A stretch of 33,000 nucleotides of DNA from Camelus dromedarius (lineage: Eukaryota), in assembly GCF_036321535.1 (NCBI RefSeq), contig NC_087441.1:5859001-5892000 (forward strand). Direction: 5' to 3'. Each line of letters starts with the position of its first letter. The stretch's first letter is position 1. Position numbers and translations under genes: made by a program. This document shows, one piece after another, positions 1 to 10,465 of the stretch. Below the pieces are notes generated by a model, which saw only the letters and a program-made list of their open reading frames with translations, made no database searches and had not been told where the DNA came from.

Positions 1-115
1 ATAATGCTATTATTAATGTGCAATTGTGACAGACTTATTTATTTTTAAAGGAAACTTTTTACGATTTGTGAACATGTACAAGACTTCACAAATCTTAGGT
101 TTATGCCTTGATGCA

Positions 116-815
116 TTTTGATAGCTTTATTGGGATATAATTTACAAATCATGCAAATCACCCAGTGTAAGTGTACAGTTAGATGGTAAATATCTACCAG
201 CATGCAGACATCATCAGCACACAGTTTTGGAATGCTTCTGTCACCCTGAGAAATTTCCTCCTGCACATTTGAGACAGGCGCACGCCCACCCTCAGCCTCA
301 GGCAATCACTGATCTATTCTCTGCTTATAGTTTGCCTTTTCTAGAAATGTCATACAAGTGGCATCATATAATATGTAATGTTTTGTCTGGCTTATTTCCC
401 GCAGCATAATTATTTTGAGATTTTTCAGGGCTGTTTCGTGTGTCTGTCTTCTTGATGAGCAAAATCGCATTAAATGGATGCGATACATTGGGTTTGTCCA
501 CTCCCCAGTTGGTGGGCATTTGTGTTGTTTCTGAGGTGATGATGAGCTGAGCTGTGGGCATTTGTATACAAGTCTCGGTGTGGACATATGCTTTCCTTTC
601 TCTCAGTTGGGTGCCCAGGAGAGGAATCACTAGGTCCAATGGTAATGTGTGTTTAACACTTAAAACAATTACTTAAGTGTTTTCTGTGTGGCTGTAACAT
701 TTTACATCCTCATTAAAGGGGAGGGAGTCTAGTTTCTGCACATCCTCACCAGCACTTGGTATTTTGCTTCGTTTTCATATGTACTGTTTTGTGAAATATC
801 TGTTCAAATATCTTG
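116..815 (-). mobile_element. Old L1 (L1MB/L1MC-class) 3' region, antisense
   Basis: Begins ttttgatagctttattgggatataatttac (reverse-strand L1 tail). Contains the typical blocks gcaatcactgatctattctctg, tttgccttttctagaaatgtcatacaagtgg and catcctcaccagcacttggt. Subfamily assigned from memory. Confidence 0.85.
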
Positions 816-2339
816 TCTAATTATGACATTTTATTAGTTATACCATGCACTGGAATGTTTGCTGTGTACATAGAAAGGATGGCCATACTTAGAAGTGAAA
901 GAATATGAAAATGACGCACTCATGTCACCTGAGAGATATCTGCATAAAATACAAGATTTTTTCACAGCTAATAAGATTCTAAAATGTAACTTTTAGAATC
1001 CAGACCATTAGCATTCTCCCATTTGGTTCCGTACTATTGTACGTATTTGTTGATAATTCATGGTTAAAAAAGCGTAAAAGCTGTCTACCTCACAAGGGGC
1101 TGAGCTGGACCTCCCCTGCAACTTTTCCATGAGTAACTACTTATTGTTAATTATGATTAAAACAATACCTCTTTAACAAAGCATCAGTAACCCAGATTAA
1201 TCGGCTGCTTTCCAGGCAGATACTTCCTGAGATCCCCAGGGTTTCATCAGCAAATTGTAGTAATGACACTGCTTTGCACGGTGCTATTGTTTCAGAGGTA
1301 AATATGTGAATTGATTACCCATGAGCTCAGGTCGTGATGGTCTGTTGTTTTGCTTTATTCTTTATTATGTTAGGAACCCTACACAGCAGGGGGCTGGTAT
1401 CTCCTACAGGGTCACCTTGGGACTTCTAATATGGAAATCCAAATGAATTCTTTGTTACTGCAAATTGCAAACAGAACAGCAGCAGCCTGCTTCCATGCTT
1501 ATAAATATGTATGTCTCTCCCACCAATGAAATTATAGGGAAGGATAGATCAAAGTGAATTAGCACCTGTCAAGGAAATTTGATAGGTCATTCTGTGCTGT
1601 AATTTTATTGCCTTTTCTTCTGAGTGTGACAGAGTGGCCAAAGCCTGCACCTAGCTCTCCTTCACTCACTGTGCTTAACAGCAGTTCAGGTATGGAAATG
1701 AATCACCTGGTATCTATTCTGTGCAGCGGGATGCAAACTGAAAACTAAATTTTTACAATCAGAATGAGTTTGACTGCATTTAGACTCTAAATGTCGCTTA
1801 GTATCTGTGGCTACCGCAGTGGCATGCCACTGTGCACCTGAACGGTGAAATCTGTTGCTGTGAATCTCTTAGGCTTTCGTAGAACCCTTCTGGAGCCGGC
1901 AGTCCTAAGGATCTATTCACTTGGCCATATGATTTTCCTGGCCTTGTTGATGTGAGAATTCTGCCATTATCATAACCTATTGTTTTCCCACATGGAAATA
2001 CTAAGAAACCATCCAATAAAAATCTCATGACTACCAGAAATATTAATCCTAAAATTTTTTTTAATGTTATGGAGTTTTCTTAAAGGGAGAATCCAAAACA
2101 TGGGGCATAAATTTGAAGTGGAAATGAGACATTTGAAAATACAGAACTAAATTGTCTATGTGTAGAAGATCGGTGTCATTCAGCAAAGATAAGGAAAGTT
2201 AAAATTTAAATAAAGGAAGTAAAAAAGAGAAGAGGAAGTAGCTGGGAAGAAGGAATGAATAGTAAATAAAGGGACGGTTTTGACTAAAGAACAGACACCT
2301 ACAGAACCTAAATTATTGTGGTGGCCTCGTGACGCCTTT

Positions 2340-2700
2340 CTTCTTGGCTCCATCCTACATTCTTCTAATGACAGCTTTCTAGAAATTCAAATGTAATCCT
2401 ATCAGCCATTCATGGTAGTAATTTTCCACTTAATCGCATTACATTTTTATTTACTTATTTATTTGTTTGTTTTTAATTTGGCTTGCAACACTCAACTACT
2501 GGCAACGTACATTGTACTCTTACAGAGTGAATTGCAATTCCAAATACTTCCCAGTGTCCTTGCCCAATTATATGTGGGCTTTCCTGTTTCATAAATGCCC
2601 CCATCTTCCTGATAGTCTCATGAGTTTTCTCTCAATCTCTCACTTCTCTATAATCCACAGTGCCCCTCGGCTGTATGGAGGCTGAAACACCAAAATAGAC
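2340..2700 (+). mobile_element. Degraded L2 fragment (possible)
   Basis: Weak resemblance to L2 3' region motifs (gacagctttctagaaattcaaatgtaatc; ttccaaatacttcccagtgtccttgccc). Boundaries are approximate. Confidence 0.3.
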
Positions 2701-2826
2701 TTTAATTATTTTATTGAAAAATTCCCTAACCTTCATGACCTAACACAAGCATCAAACATAACAAAACTGTCAGTGTTCTCAACACCTTTGTGACATTTGG
2801 TTGCTCAGGATTCCAACTGGGTGTAT

Positions 2827-2827
2827 C

Positions 2828-2860
<33 letters not shown>

Positions 2861-2872
2861 GTGTGTGTGTGT
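2827..2872 (+). repeat. Compound microsatellite (CTTTT)n-poly(T)-(GT)n
   Basis: Read directly: cttttcttttcttttcttttc, then a T run, then gtgtgtgtgtgt. Confidence 0.95.
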
Positions 2873-4169
2873 CTTTTTAACCAAATAGAGATAATGCTCT
2901 TTTTTTTTTATATCAGTAAATGCATAGCTGTTTTCTTTGGCAGTTGATATAGTTGAAAATAAATTTTATCTGTGGTGTTTAGTCATAACTCAGGCTCCAG
3001 TCTGTGTTCATCCTTTCAGTTTGCACTGAGGGTTCATGCTCATTCATTATTCGATTTGAGGTCTCTCTCTGTCTCTGGTAACTATTCATATTTTTGAACC
3101 ACAATACCATGTCTGTTTGGACATTTCCCAGTTATTTATTCACATACTCAGAAACATTTTCCAAATGAAATGCTAAATGAAACTGTCACACCGATCACAC
3201 AAGTTTGCATGCGCGCCGCCCTGCTAAGATTCACAAACTGATTGGCGTGCCCGTTTGACACGCAGCATGGTGTAGGGATGAAAATGTTCCAGTTCCACAA
3301 GATTTTCAAGGTTTGCTTGCCTCCAACCATGTTTTAGATCTGGTCTGTCACACATGCATAACAGAGATCATTCAGTTCCCACATTGACTAGAGATGACAC
3401 AAAAGATATTAAGAAACCTAGCACTTTGATATCAAGGCTTGTGTTTCTTTGATAAGAAAATTAAAGATCCGTTTGGGCTTTCAAGCCCTTAAAAATATAT
3501 CAGAATAAGCATATCGAAGTAAAGCTTGTAAGTGGGTGTAAATCTGTTTGAACATCAAATAATAAGAATATGACGTTCTTCTGCAAAACACCTTTCAGGT
3601 CCAGGAAAATTTATCTATGAAGTTTAAAGAATGTTGAGAACAACGTAACTGCTATGACACCTATCCATTTCCCCCCAGCTGGGTAAGGGACCTGGGCTAG
3701 GAGTGCCAAGGGTTCCCAAGCGCTCCTCAGAGAGCTCACTGCTCCTTGGGCGGGGTTACTGCGCTGAGTGTGGGCCGGGTTGGGGGCAGCGCCCGCTCTC
3801 TCGTTAGCGGAGCCTGCGGTCACTCATTCACACGAGTCTCAGCCTGGGGACCGATGAGGGAGTGTACTTTCCTCATTCTCCCAGAAAGCTCCAGGCTTCT
3901 TCCAGATCCTCCTGATGCTGCCTCAGCCCAGGAGAGAGGGATGGAGTTTGCATAATGTCACCCAACACAGCTCTGTGTACACATATAAACCCAAAATACA
4001 GACTAAGGTCAGCAGTGCGCCTTTGTCCTGTGCTCGGGAAACGGTGGAGCTCTTGCACAAAGACCTTCGGAGATTTCGCTGTTTCTTTTTTCTTTTTAAT
4101 AGAAATTCCATGTTAACAACTAACATGTCCAGATGGGTGTAGAGTGAAAAATAAGTGTCTGTTTCCTCT

Positions 4170-4550
4170 CACACCGTGTTGCCCAATTCAATACTCCCAA
4201 TCCTAAGAGCTAATCAGCATTAACAGTGTTCTGTATCTACTTAGAAATGGTATGCGAGCCTACATGTGTACAGATGTATAATGTGTGTGTGCTTGTGTGT
4301 CTTTTCATAGAAGTTGACAAGTAGAATCCTGCAGTCCATTCTTATCTACAACTTGATTTTCTTTCACTTTACCAACATCTGGACAACCTCCTAAACCAGT
4401 GTGTAAAGTTCTACCTTATTCTTGTAAAGAGCTTCACAGTAATGCATTGTATAGATGTGCTGTAAGGTTTTTAATGAGACTCTTAAGGAAATGTGGAACT
4501 TTCCAACATGTAACATATTATGAACAATGCGTAATGAACATCTTTGTTCG
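4170..4550 (-). mobile_element. L1ME-class fragment 1 (interrupted by MLT1A)
   Basis: ctaccttattcttgtaaagagc...cattgtatagatgtgc...gaacaatgcgtaatgaacatctttgt follows the antisense L1ME 3' consensus order. Confidence 0.7.
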
Positions 4551-4907
4551 TGTCTTAGTCTGCTCTGGATGCCATAACACAATACCATAGACCGTGTGGC
4601 CTGAACAACAGAAATTTACTTACCACAATTATGGAGGCTGGGAAGTCAGTTCTGGTGAAAATCCTCTCAGGGGTTTCTTGCAGATGGCCACCTTCTCTCT
4701 GTGTCCACACGTGGCAAAGAGAGAGAGAAAATGCTTAGATTTCTCTTCCTCTTCTTATAAGGACACTAATCCCATCATGGGGGACCCATCATCATGATTT
4801 CATCTAAACCTGATTACCTCCCAAAGGCCCTACATCCAAATGCCATCACAGTGGAGGTTAGGGCTTCAGTGTATGAATTTGGGAACACAAATATGCAGTT
4901 CATTGTA
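4551..4907 (-). mobile_element. MaLR solo LTR, MLT1A/MLT1A0-like
   Basis: Starts tgtcttagtc...gccataacacaataccatagac. Contains ggaggctgggaagtc, cttataaggacactaatcccatcatg and ttacctcccaaaggccc; ends cagttcattgta. Near full length; no clean TSD found. Confidence 0.92.
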
Positions 4908-5345
4908 CTTTATATATCTTTGCATCTTGGAGTAAATTTTTTATATAAAACATCTTGTTAGAAATTATATTGCTGGGTCAAAGAATATATACTTTGTATT
5001 TTTTATAGACACTGATAAATTGCTGCCAGTAAGTAGTACATGAAAGCATCATAGCCCCATATCATCTCCACTCTGTTTATTGCTAAGCTTTTAAATATGT
5101 TCTGATCCAATAGGCAAATAATGGCATCTCATTTCATTTCTAAAAAAGATTAAGAGTGAGCTTGAACATCTTCCAAAGGATTATTGACCACTTGCATTTT
5201 GGTCCTTTGAATTACTTCTTAAATCCTTTTGTTTACTTTTGCATTGAGTTATTTGTCATTTTCCTTATTGATTTTAAGATTTGTTTTTATATTTTAGAAA
5301 AAAATCTCTTGCGATGTGAATTGTGTATACCCTTCCCAGTTGTTG
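4908..5345 (-). mobile_element. L1ME-class fragment 2
   Basis: Resumes the L1ME right after the LTR: attgctgggtcaaagaatata, tggcatctcatttc, ttgaacatcttccaaaggattattgaccacttgcattt, gagttatttgtcattttccttattgattt. Confidence 0.8.
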
Positions 5346-5359
5346 TGTGACTATTGGAG

Positions 5360-5896
5360 TGTTCCAGTTACCTACCACTTTATAACAAATTATTCCATGT
5401 CTTTAAAAAACTGATTTTAGTTCTCAAAATTCTGAGGATCATGAATCTGAGCAGAGCACAGTGAAGACAGGGTGAGTCTCTGTGTGATACCTGCTGGGGC
5501 TGTGACGTCCCAGACGGCTTTGTCACTCCAGATCTCTGGAGCTCAGCTAAGAAGCTTGGGGGGCTGGTGGCCAGCTGGAATGGCTTGACCAGGGTCATAG
5601 TTCTGAGGCTTTGGTTCCTGTGTCAGCTGGGTTATTCGCTCCTCCTCAGTGTAGACTCAGGGGCTCCACGTGACCTCTCCATCCGGTACCTCCTGCAGGG
5701 TAGCTGGACTTCTAACTTGGCAGCTGAGGGCTCCCAAGAGTGCAAAGGTAGGAGCAGGGGTCTGAAACTCCTATCACATCCCGTTGGTTAGAGTGGGTTG
5801 CATTCCCTGCTCAGATTCAAGGGGAGAGAGCTATACAAGGGCAGCCTTCTTCAAGGTATGGGATTTTTTGGCGACCACCAGTATAGCAGACTACTA
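5360..5896 (-). mobile_element. Old MaLR LTR, MLT1G/H/I group
   Basis: Starts tgttccagttacct...ataacaaat. Contains ctccacgtgacctctcc, gtagctggacttct, ggctcccaagagtgcaaagg and cagattcaagggg; ends gactacta. Confidence 0.8.
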
Positions 5897-5899
5897 GGT

Positions 5900-6330
5900 T
5901 CTTTTTGCTTTGTTTTTTGTTTTATTGCTATAGAAAATTTCAAAAACTCTTCTTGGTGGTCAGATACTTTTATCTACTCCTTTCTGGCTTCTGATTTTAG
6001 TGCCAGCTTAGAAAGGATTGCACTATTCCATTATTATAAAGCTTTCACCCATTATTCTAATAATTCCAGTACTTTGACTTTTTCACTTTTAAATGTTTGT
6101 TTTATCAAGATTACTTTTAAAGAAGAAATGGTGATATGAATTAAACTTTGCTATTTTTATCTGTTTCAGTGCTTTCTATGGAATAATTCTTTATTTCCCA
6201 CTGATTTGAAGTAGCATCTTTATTACATAGTAAATCCCAATATCTTTGTATATTTCTTTTTATACTCTCTGTTTGCTACTCTTCCTTAATTTCCCTATAT
6301 CAACAATAACACTACACAGTTGTGAATAGC
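5900..6330 (-). mobile_element. L1ME-class fragment 3
   Basis: tttcccactgatttgaagtagcatctttattacatagtaaatccca is the characteristic L1ME antisense block and is collinear with fragments 1 and 2. Confidence 0.75.
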
Positions 6331-6768
6331 AGATTTTTTTTTTTCAATATTTTGAGAAACATGGAAGACAGACATTATTCAGGGTTGAGTCACATGAGAT
6401 GGACAGAGGAAGCTCTTACCAGAGATAAGATACCTCGCTGGGTGCAGCAACTCAGAAAGAGAACTGGCTACAAAAAAAAAAAAAAAAAAAACCAAACAAA
6501 CCACAACCTCTGGCGTCACAACTTCCTTTCCAATAGAATATGGAAAGGGGATTTAAGCCTTCTTGTAGATACAAAAATAAACAATGATCAAGGAAACTGG
6601 ATGACTGCATTCATCTGAGTTATATTTAGTGGGCTTAGTTGCAAATCACTGTATCAGATGGTCCCCGAAGGTAGCAGTTCCCGAGTTCCCACCTGTAGAA
6701 TTGTGCCCAGCTGTATGCCGTGTATGATGTGGGTAACTCCTTCCCCTCATCATTAGGGCCATCTAGGT

Positions 6769-6786
6769 GGGATGGGACGGGGTGGG
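6769..6786 (+). other. Canonical G-quadruplex-forming motif
   Basis: gggatgggacggggtggg has four G3+ tracts with loops of 2, 2 and 1 nt. Formation in vivo is not shown. Confidence 0.6.
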
Positions 6787-6933
6787 ACAGGTCCGTGGGC
6801 CCAGGTCTTGGCTTCTTCTCTAGGGCCTCCCGTACCTGTCCTCTCTCATCCTCTTCCAGCTCCTTCAGAAAATGGTGCAAATGAAAAGAAGTGTTCCCCT
6901 GAGTTAGAGAAAGTGTATTTTATATTTAAATGT

Positions 6934-7046
6934 ATGCATTTGTAGATTACGCACCACACAAAGTTATTACAATAGCATTGACTGTATTCTCCGCGCTGTA
7001 CATCGCATCCCTGAAGCTGATTTATTTTATAGCTGGCGTGCTATAC
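6934..7046 (-). mobile_element. L1MA-class 3' UTR segment, inverted
   Basis: Reverse complement reads gtatagcacgccagctataaaataaatcagcttcagggatgcgatgtacagcgcggagaatacagtcaatgctattgtaataactttgtgtggtgcgtaatctacaaatgcat, which is the penultimate part of an L1MA-type 3' UTR. Confidence 0.85.
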
Positions 7047-7048
7047 AA

Positions 7049-7120
7049 GTACGTCTGTACACCTGAAACTCATATAATGTTGTAAGTCAACTATACTTCA
7101 GTAAAATTTGTTTTAAAAAA
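7049..7120 (+). mobile_element. L1MA-class extreme 3' end with A-rich tail, sense
   Basis: ctgtacacctgaaactcatataatgttgtaagtcaactatacttcagtaaaa...ttttaaaaaa is the terminal L1 3' UTR motif. Confidence 0.9.
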
Positions 7121-7307
7121 TGTGATTTTTCTGCTGCATGAGTATTTGCAAAATATTATTGTTAGTGATTTCTTCACTGAAGACAGATCCATGCATCACT
7201 ACCAGTCTATGTAGTTAATGTGCGGGAAGAATTATTTAAACATTTCACTACTGCCAAGGAAATACTGGCATCTATAACCATGAGAACAGTCATTAAAACA
7301 TTGATTC

Positions 7308-7385
7308 ATTCTTTCATTAATTCGCTTACAAAGTATTTACGATGTATTCCCTCTATTACAGAGTAGGGTTGGAAATGTATTGTTG
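7308..7385 (-). mobile_element. L2 3' tail remnant (possible)
   Basis: tgattcattctttcattaattcgcttacaaagtatttac resembles the antisense (ATTC)n...caaatatttattgag L2 tail. Confidence 0.35.
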
Positions 7386-9058
7386 CAGAGGCAGGGTCTC
7401 CTCTGGTCAGTGTAAAACTTACTTTTAGGAGGGAAAATGTTCACACCTTTTTCAGCTGACAAGAGTCATCACGTGTCCTGAAAGCTTAGGGAAGTTTCTG
7501 GAACCCCAATCAGAACCACCCTGCAATCACGCTAAACTTTCTATGTCCAGATTATAGAACTGATATTTTTTTCTTTGAAAAGAGCTCCACTGATTTGGGC
7601 AATAATTACATAAAAATCAGGATTTTAAATTAAACTCTTAGATTTTTAAAAATCACTTCAAGCAGAAGAAGATTGTAGTAAAATGTAGAATAAAATATTT
7701 CTAACCTCTGCCCAAAATGATTTCATACCATCTTACTATACTTTTGTCATCAAATAGAATTTACTGAATGTCCAGAATTCAACTGATTTGTCAGATACTG
7801 GGAGGTACTCTGGAAGCTTTAGAAGACAGGCCTCCACTCTAAGGAACTGATGTGGGAGGGGAGAGGGAAGGAACACGCAGAAGAATTGTTGTGGAAGACA
7901 CAGCCAGTGTCAACAAGGTACTGATTGTGGATCCAGAAGAGTCTGAGACCAAGACTCCTCTTGTCTGAGCACCAGTGATCAGCCCCCGCGACCCTGACTT
8001 GCTCGACTGGTTCTTGCTGGTTCAGAGCTAAATTGATTAAATATTGTTGTTCACACACGTCTCACAAATTATTAGTTCTGTGTTTCAGTTTCATAGAAAA
8101 TCCTTTATGTTCTTAAAGTTACACCTGTGCAAGGAGGGCTGTTGTGGTCTCCTAACCTCAGCAAATCCACAGAGCTGGGCAGACCGTCCTGACTAAAATC
8201 CGTGTTGTTTACATGTTAGCCTTCCCGCTTATCCCACCGCCGTCCCTTCCTCCGTCTCCAGTGTGCGCGCACAAAAATAAACCAATGGCACGATGTTTAA
8301 TTTTAAGGAATATATGAAAATAAATTCTACAGTTTAGAATCACTATATAAAATTGTGAGCAAATGTAAAAGACAAAAAAAATTCAGTACTGATATAGAAT
8401 ATGTCTGTCCGTGTAAGGATTAGAAATTTGCAAGTACGGTTATTCTGCAGACACAATTTTAAGTGTATTTAGTAGTTGAGATGTGAATTACCTTACCGAT
8501 GAATAATCCAGGCAATACCAGTCTTCTCTTACCAGTTTTTTTTTCAAATAGTAGCAAAGCTGCTGAAGCTTTTGTCCCATTTTTAGTCAAAGCACAGTGA
8601 AATTTCTGTTAAACCAGTGAAATTCTTCCAGAACCAGCACAAAATAATGCCCTCCAAAATGAAATAAAGGAGTCTTTAAAGGCAGGGAAAGGACCAGAAG
8701 CACAGAAGCAGCACTCACACTACACTCCTCCGAGGGAGACGGAGTGTAACGCACACTGCTCACCGGAAGGTTGTCAAGTCAATCACAAAATCAGTAGTGA
8801 AGGAAGCTCTTGGAAATACTGTTTATCATCCGACCAAGAGCAATCAGAATGGAGCCCCCGAGTAGTGTCTTCATCTTGGCCTTGGGCAGAATCCCAGTCT
8901 GTCTCCTTGAGAGGTCTCCTATCTACGTCACAGTGAAGCTTCCTGACCCCCAAGTGCTACCGCTTGGCACCGAAGTCCTGATGCTGATGCCACAAGTGCT
9001 GTCAACACTGGGAGGGGGTTTGCTTTCAATGTGGAGTCCTATCCAAGTTTTTGTTAAG

Positions 9059-9563
9059 TGAATAAATCAAGGTTCTTCAGAGAATCAACCTGTCTCTTTT
9101 TCTCTCCGTGTGTGTGTGCGTGTGTATAAAGGGAGACTGATTTATTATGAGGAATTGAGTCACAATTACGGAGGCTGGGAAGTCCCATGACCTTCCATCT
9201 GCAAGCTGGGGAGCCAGGAATGCTGGCGATGTAACTCCAGTCTGAGTACAAAGGCCTGAGAACCAGGGGAACCACTGGTATAAATCTTAGCTCAAGGGCA
9301 GGAGAAAACTGATGTCTCAGATCAAAGAGGCAGGCAAGAACATGAAAAGAAGAATTCTGCTTTCCTCCACCTTTTTGTTCTGTTCAGTCCCTCAACAGAT
9401 TGGATGAGGCCCACCAACACTGGAGAGGGCAATATGCTTTACCTGGTCCAAAGATTCAAATGCTAATCTCAGCCAGAATATCCTCACAGGCACAGCCAGG
9501 CATAGTGTTTAATCCGGATGCCCCATGCCCCAGTCAGGTTGACACGTAAAATTAACCATGCTA
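9059..9563 (-). mobile_element. ERVL solo LTR, MLT2B/C-like
   Basis: Starts tgaataaatcaaggttcttcagagaa. Contains gatttattatgaggaattg, ggaggctgggaagtcccatgaccttccatctgcaagctgg and aaggcctgagaaccagggg; ends caggttgacacgtaaaattaaccatgcta. Degenerate 5-bp TSD ttaag (9054-9058) / gcaag (9564-9568). Confidence 0.93.
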
Positions 9564-10465
9564 GCAAGAAAATAAAGACACATGCAGATATGAAGGACCC
9601 AGAAATTCTTACCTCCCATGCAGCTTTTCTGAAAATACTGATTATGTGATCTGGACTCCAACAAAGACAAACAAATCAAGAACAAAAAAAAAGCATAGGC
9701 AATTCAGAGTTAATAAAAAGAATTTCCAGAGGAGAAAAAAAGGAGCTAAAAATCTACTCCTAAAGAAATGAAATTGAGAGCTAAGATAAAGGAAGACAGA
9801 GAATTCAGTAAGAAAATTCCTGGAAGCCATCTTGGTGGCGGACCTGAAAAGGAAGGTATAATTTTAGAACACTCAGTTAATGAAATGGTAGAAAACCTGG
9901 AAGAGGTTGGTGTTCAGACAGAAAACACATATTTTTTTTTCTGTCAACGAGAAGAAAGAAAGGCAACTTGACACTCAAGAAAAGCAAAATTCTATACCAG
10001 GAAACTGTCCATGTATAAGGCAAAAAGACAAAAGCAATTGAGTATAAGGAACAATAATTCATTTGATGTGAATTTTGGAAAATTCCCCCTTTGAGTGATC
10101 CAGGTTTAGTAACACAAGAGTGGTACTCCTCCTTAAATTTTAACCAGTGAATACAACTTGCATAAATTTTGCATTATGAATATGTTTATTTAACTTAATT
10201 ACCATAATCCACCTTTAGGTAACATAACCATTTCAGAACAAAATCTAAATGTGACCAATCTTGAAAATATAAAAATAATGGTGAAGCTGGAAAAAGCTCA
10301 GAAGTTAGGGGGAAGGGATGGAGATACCACACAGACCCTCATTTCTCCATTTTTCATGTTGGAGAGTCAGGAGAGGACCAAATGACTGGATCAAGATGTA
10401 AACAAGTCTTAAAAATAAACATCAGTCAATGTGAGAGTTGACGATAAGAATGGTAACCAAAGATT
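9564..10465 (+). mobile_element. HAL1 (half-L1) / old L1M ORF1-end and downstream region
   Basis: aataaagacacatgcagatatgaaggacccagaaattcttacctcccatgcagcttttctgaaaatactg matches the HAL1-type ORF1 C-terminal block (tttacctcccatgcaccctttct), followed by A-rich purine-biased sequence. Right boundary is approximate. Confidence 0.65.

Noticed and set aside
975-1000. 10-bp inverted repeat gattctaaaa/ttttagaatc with 6-nt loop (similar 9-bp stem at 64-92)
   Set aside because: AT-rich stems of this length are at chance level; terminator logic does not apply to mammalian DNA.
1382-1398. CTCF-like acagcagggggctg (another, ccaggagggggcag, near 16650 inside MLT1)
   Set aside because: Each misses a high-information position of the CTCF motif; cannot be supported without ChIP data.
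1817-1832. Perfect 16-bp palindrome cagtggcatgccactg
   Set aside because: About 0.5 such palindromes are expected by chance in 33 kb (33000/4^8); it is a poor p53 half-site and has no partner.
6635-6880. Minus-strand ORF with a charged stretch (FLKELEEDERGQVREALEKKPRPGP), and a possible CR1/L3 trace at 6440-6600
   Set aside because: The charged stretch follows from a pyrimidine-rich plus strand; the CR1 similarity is too weak to support.
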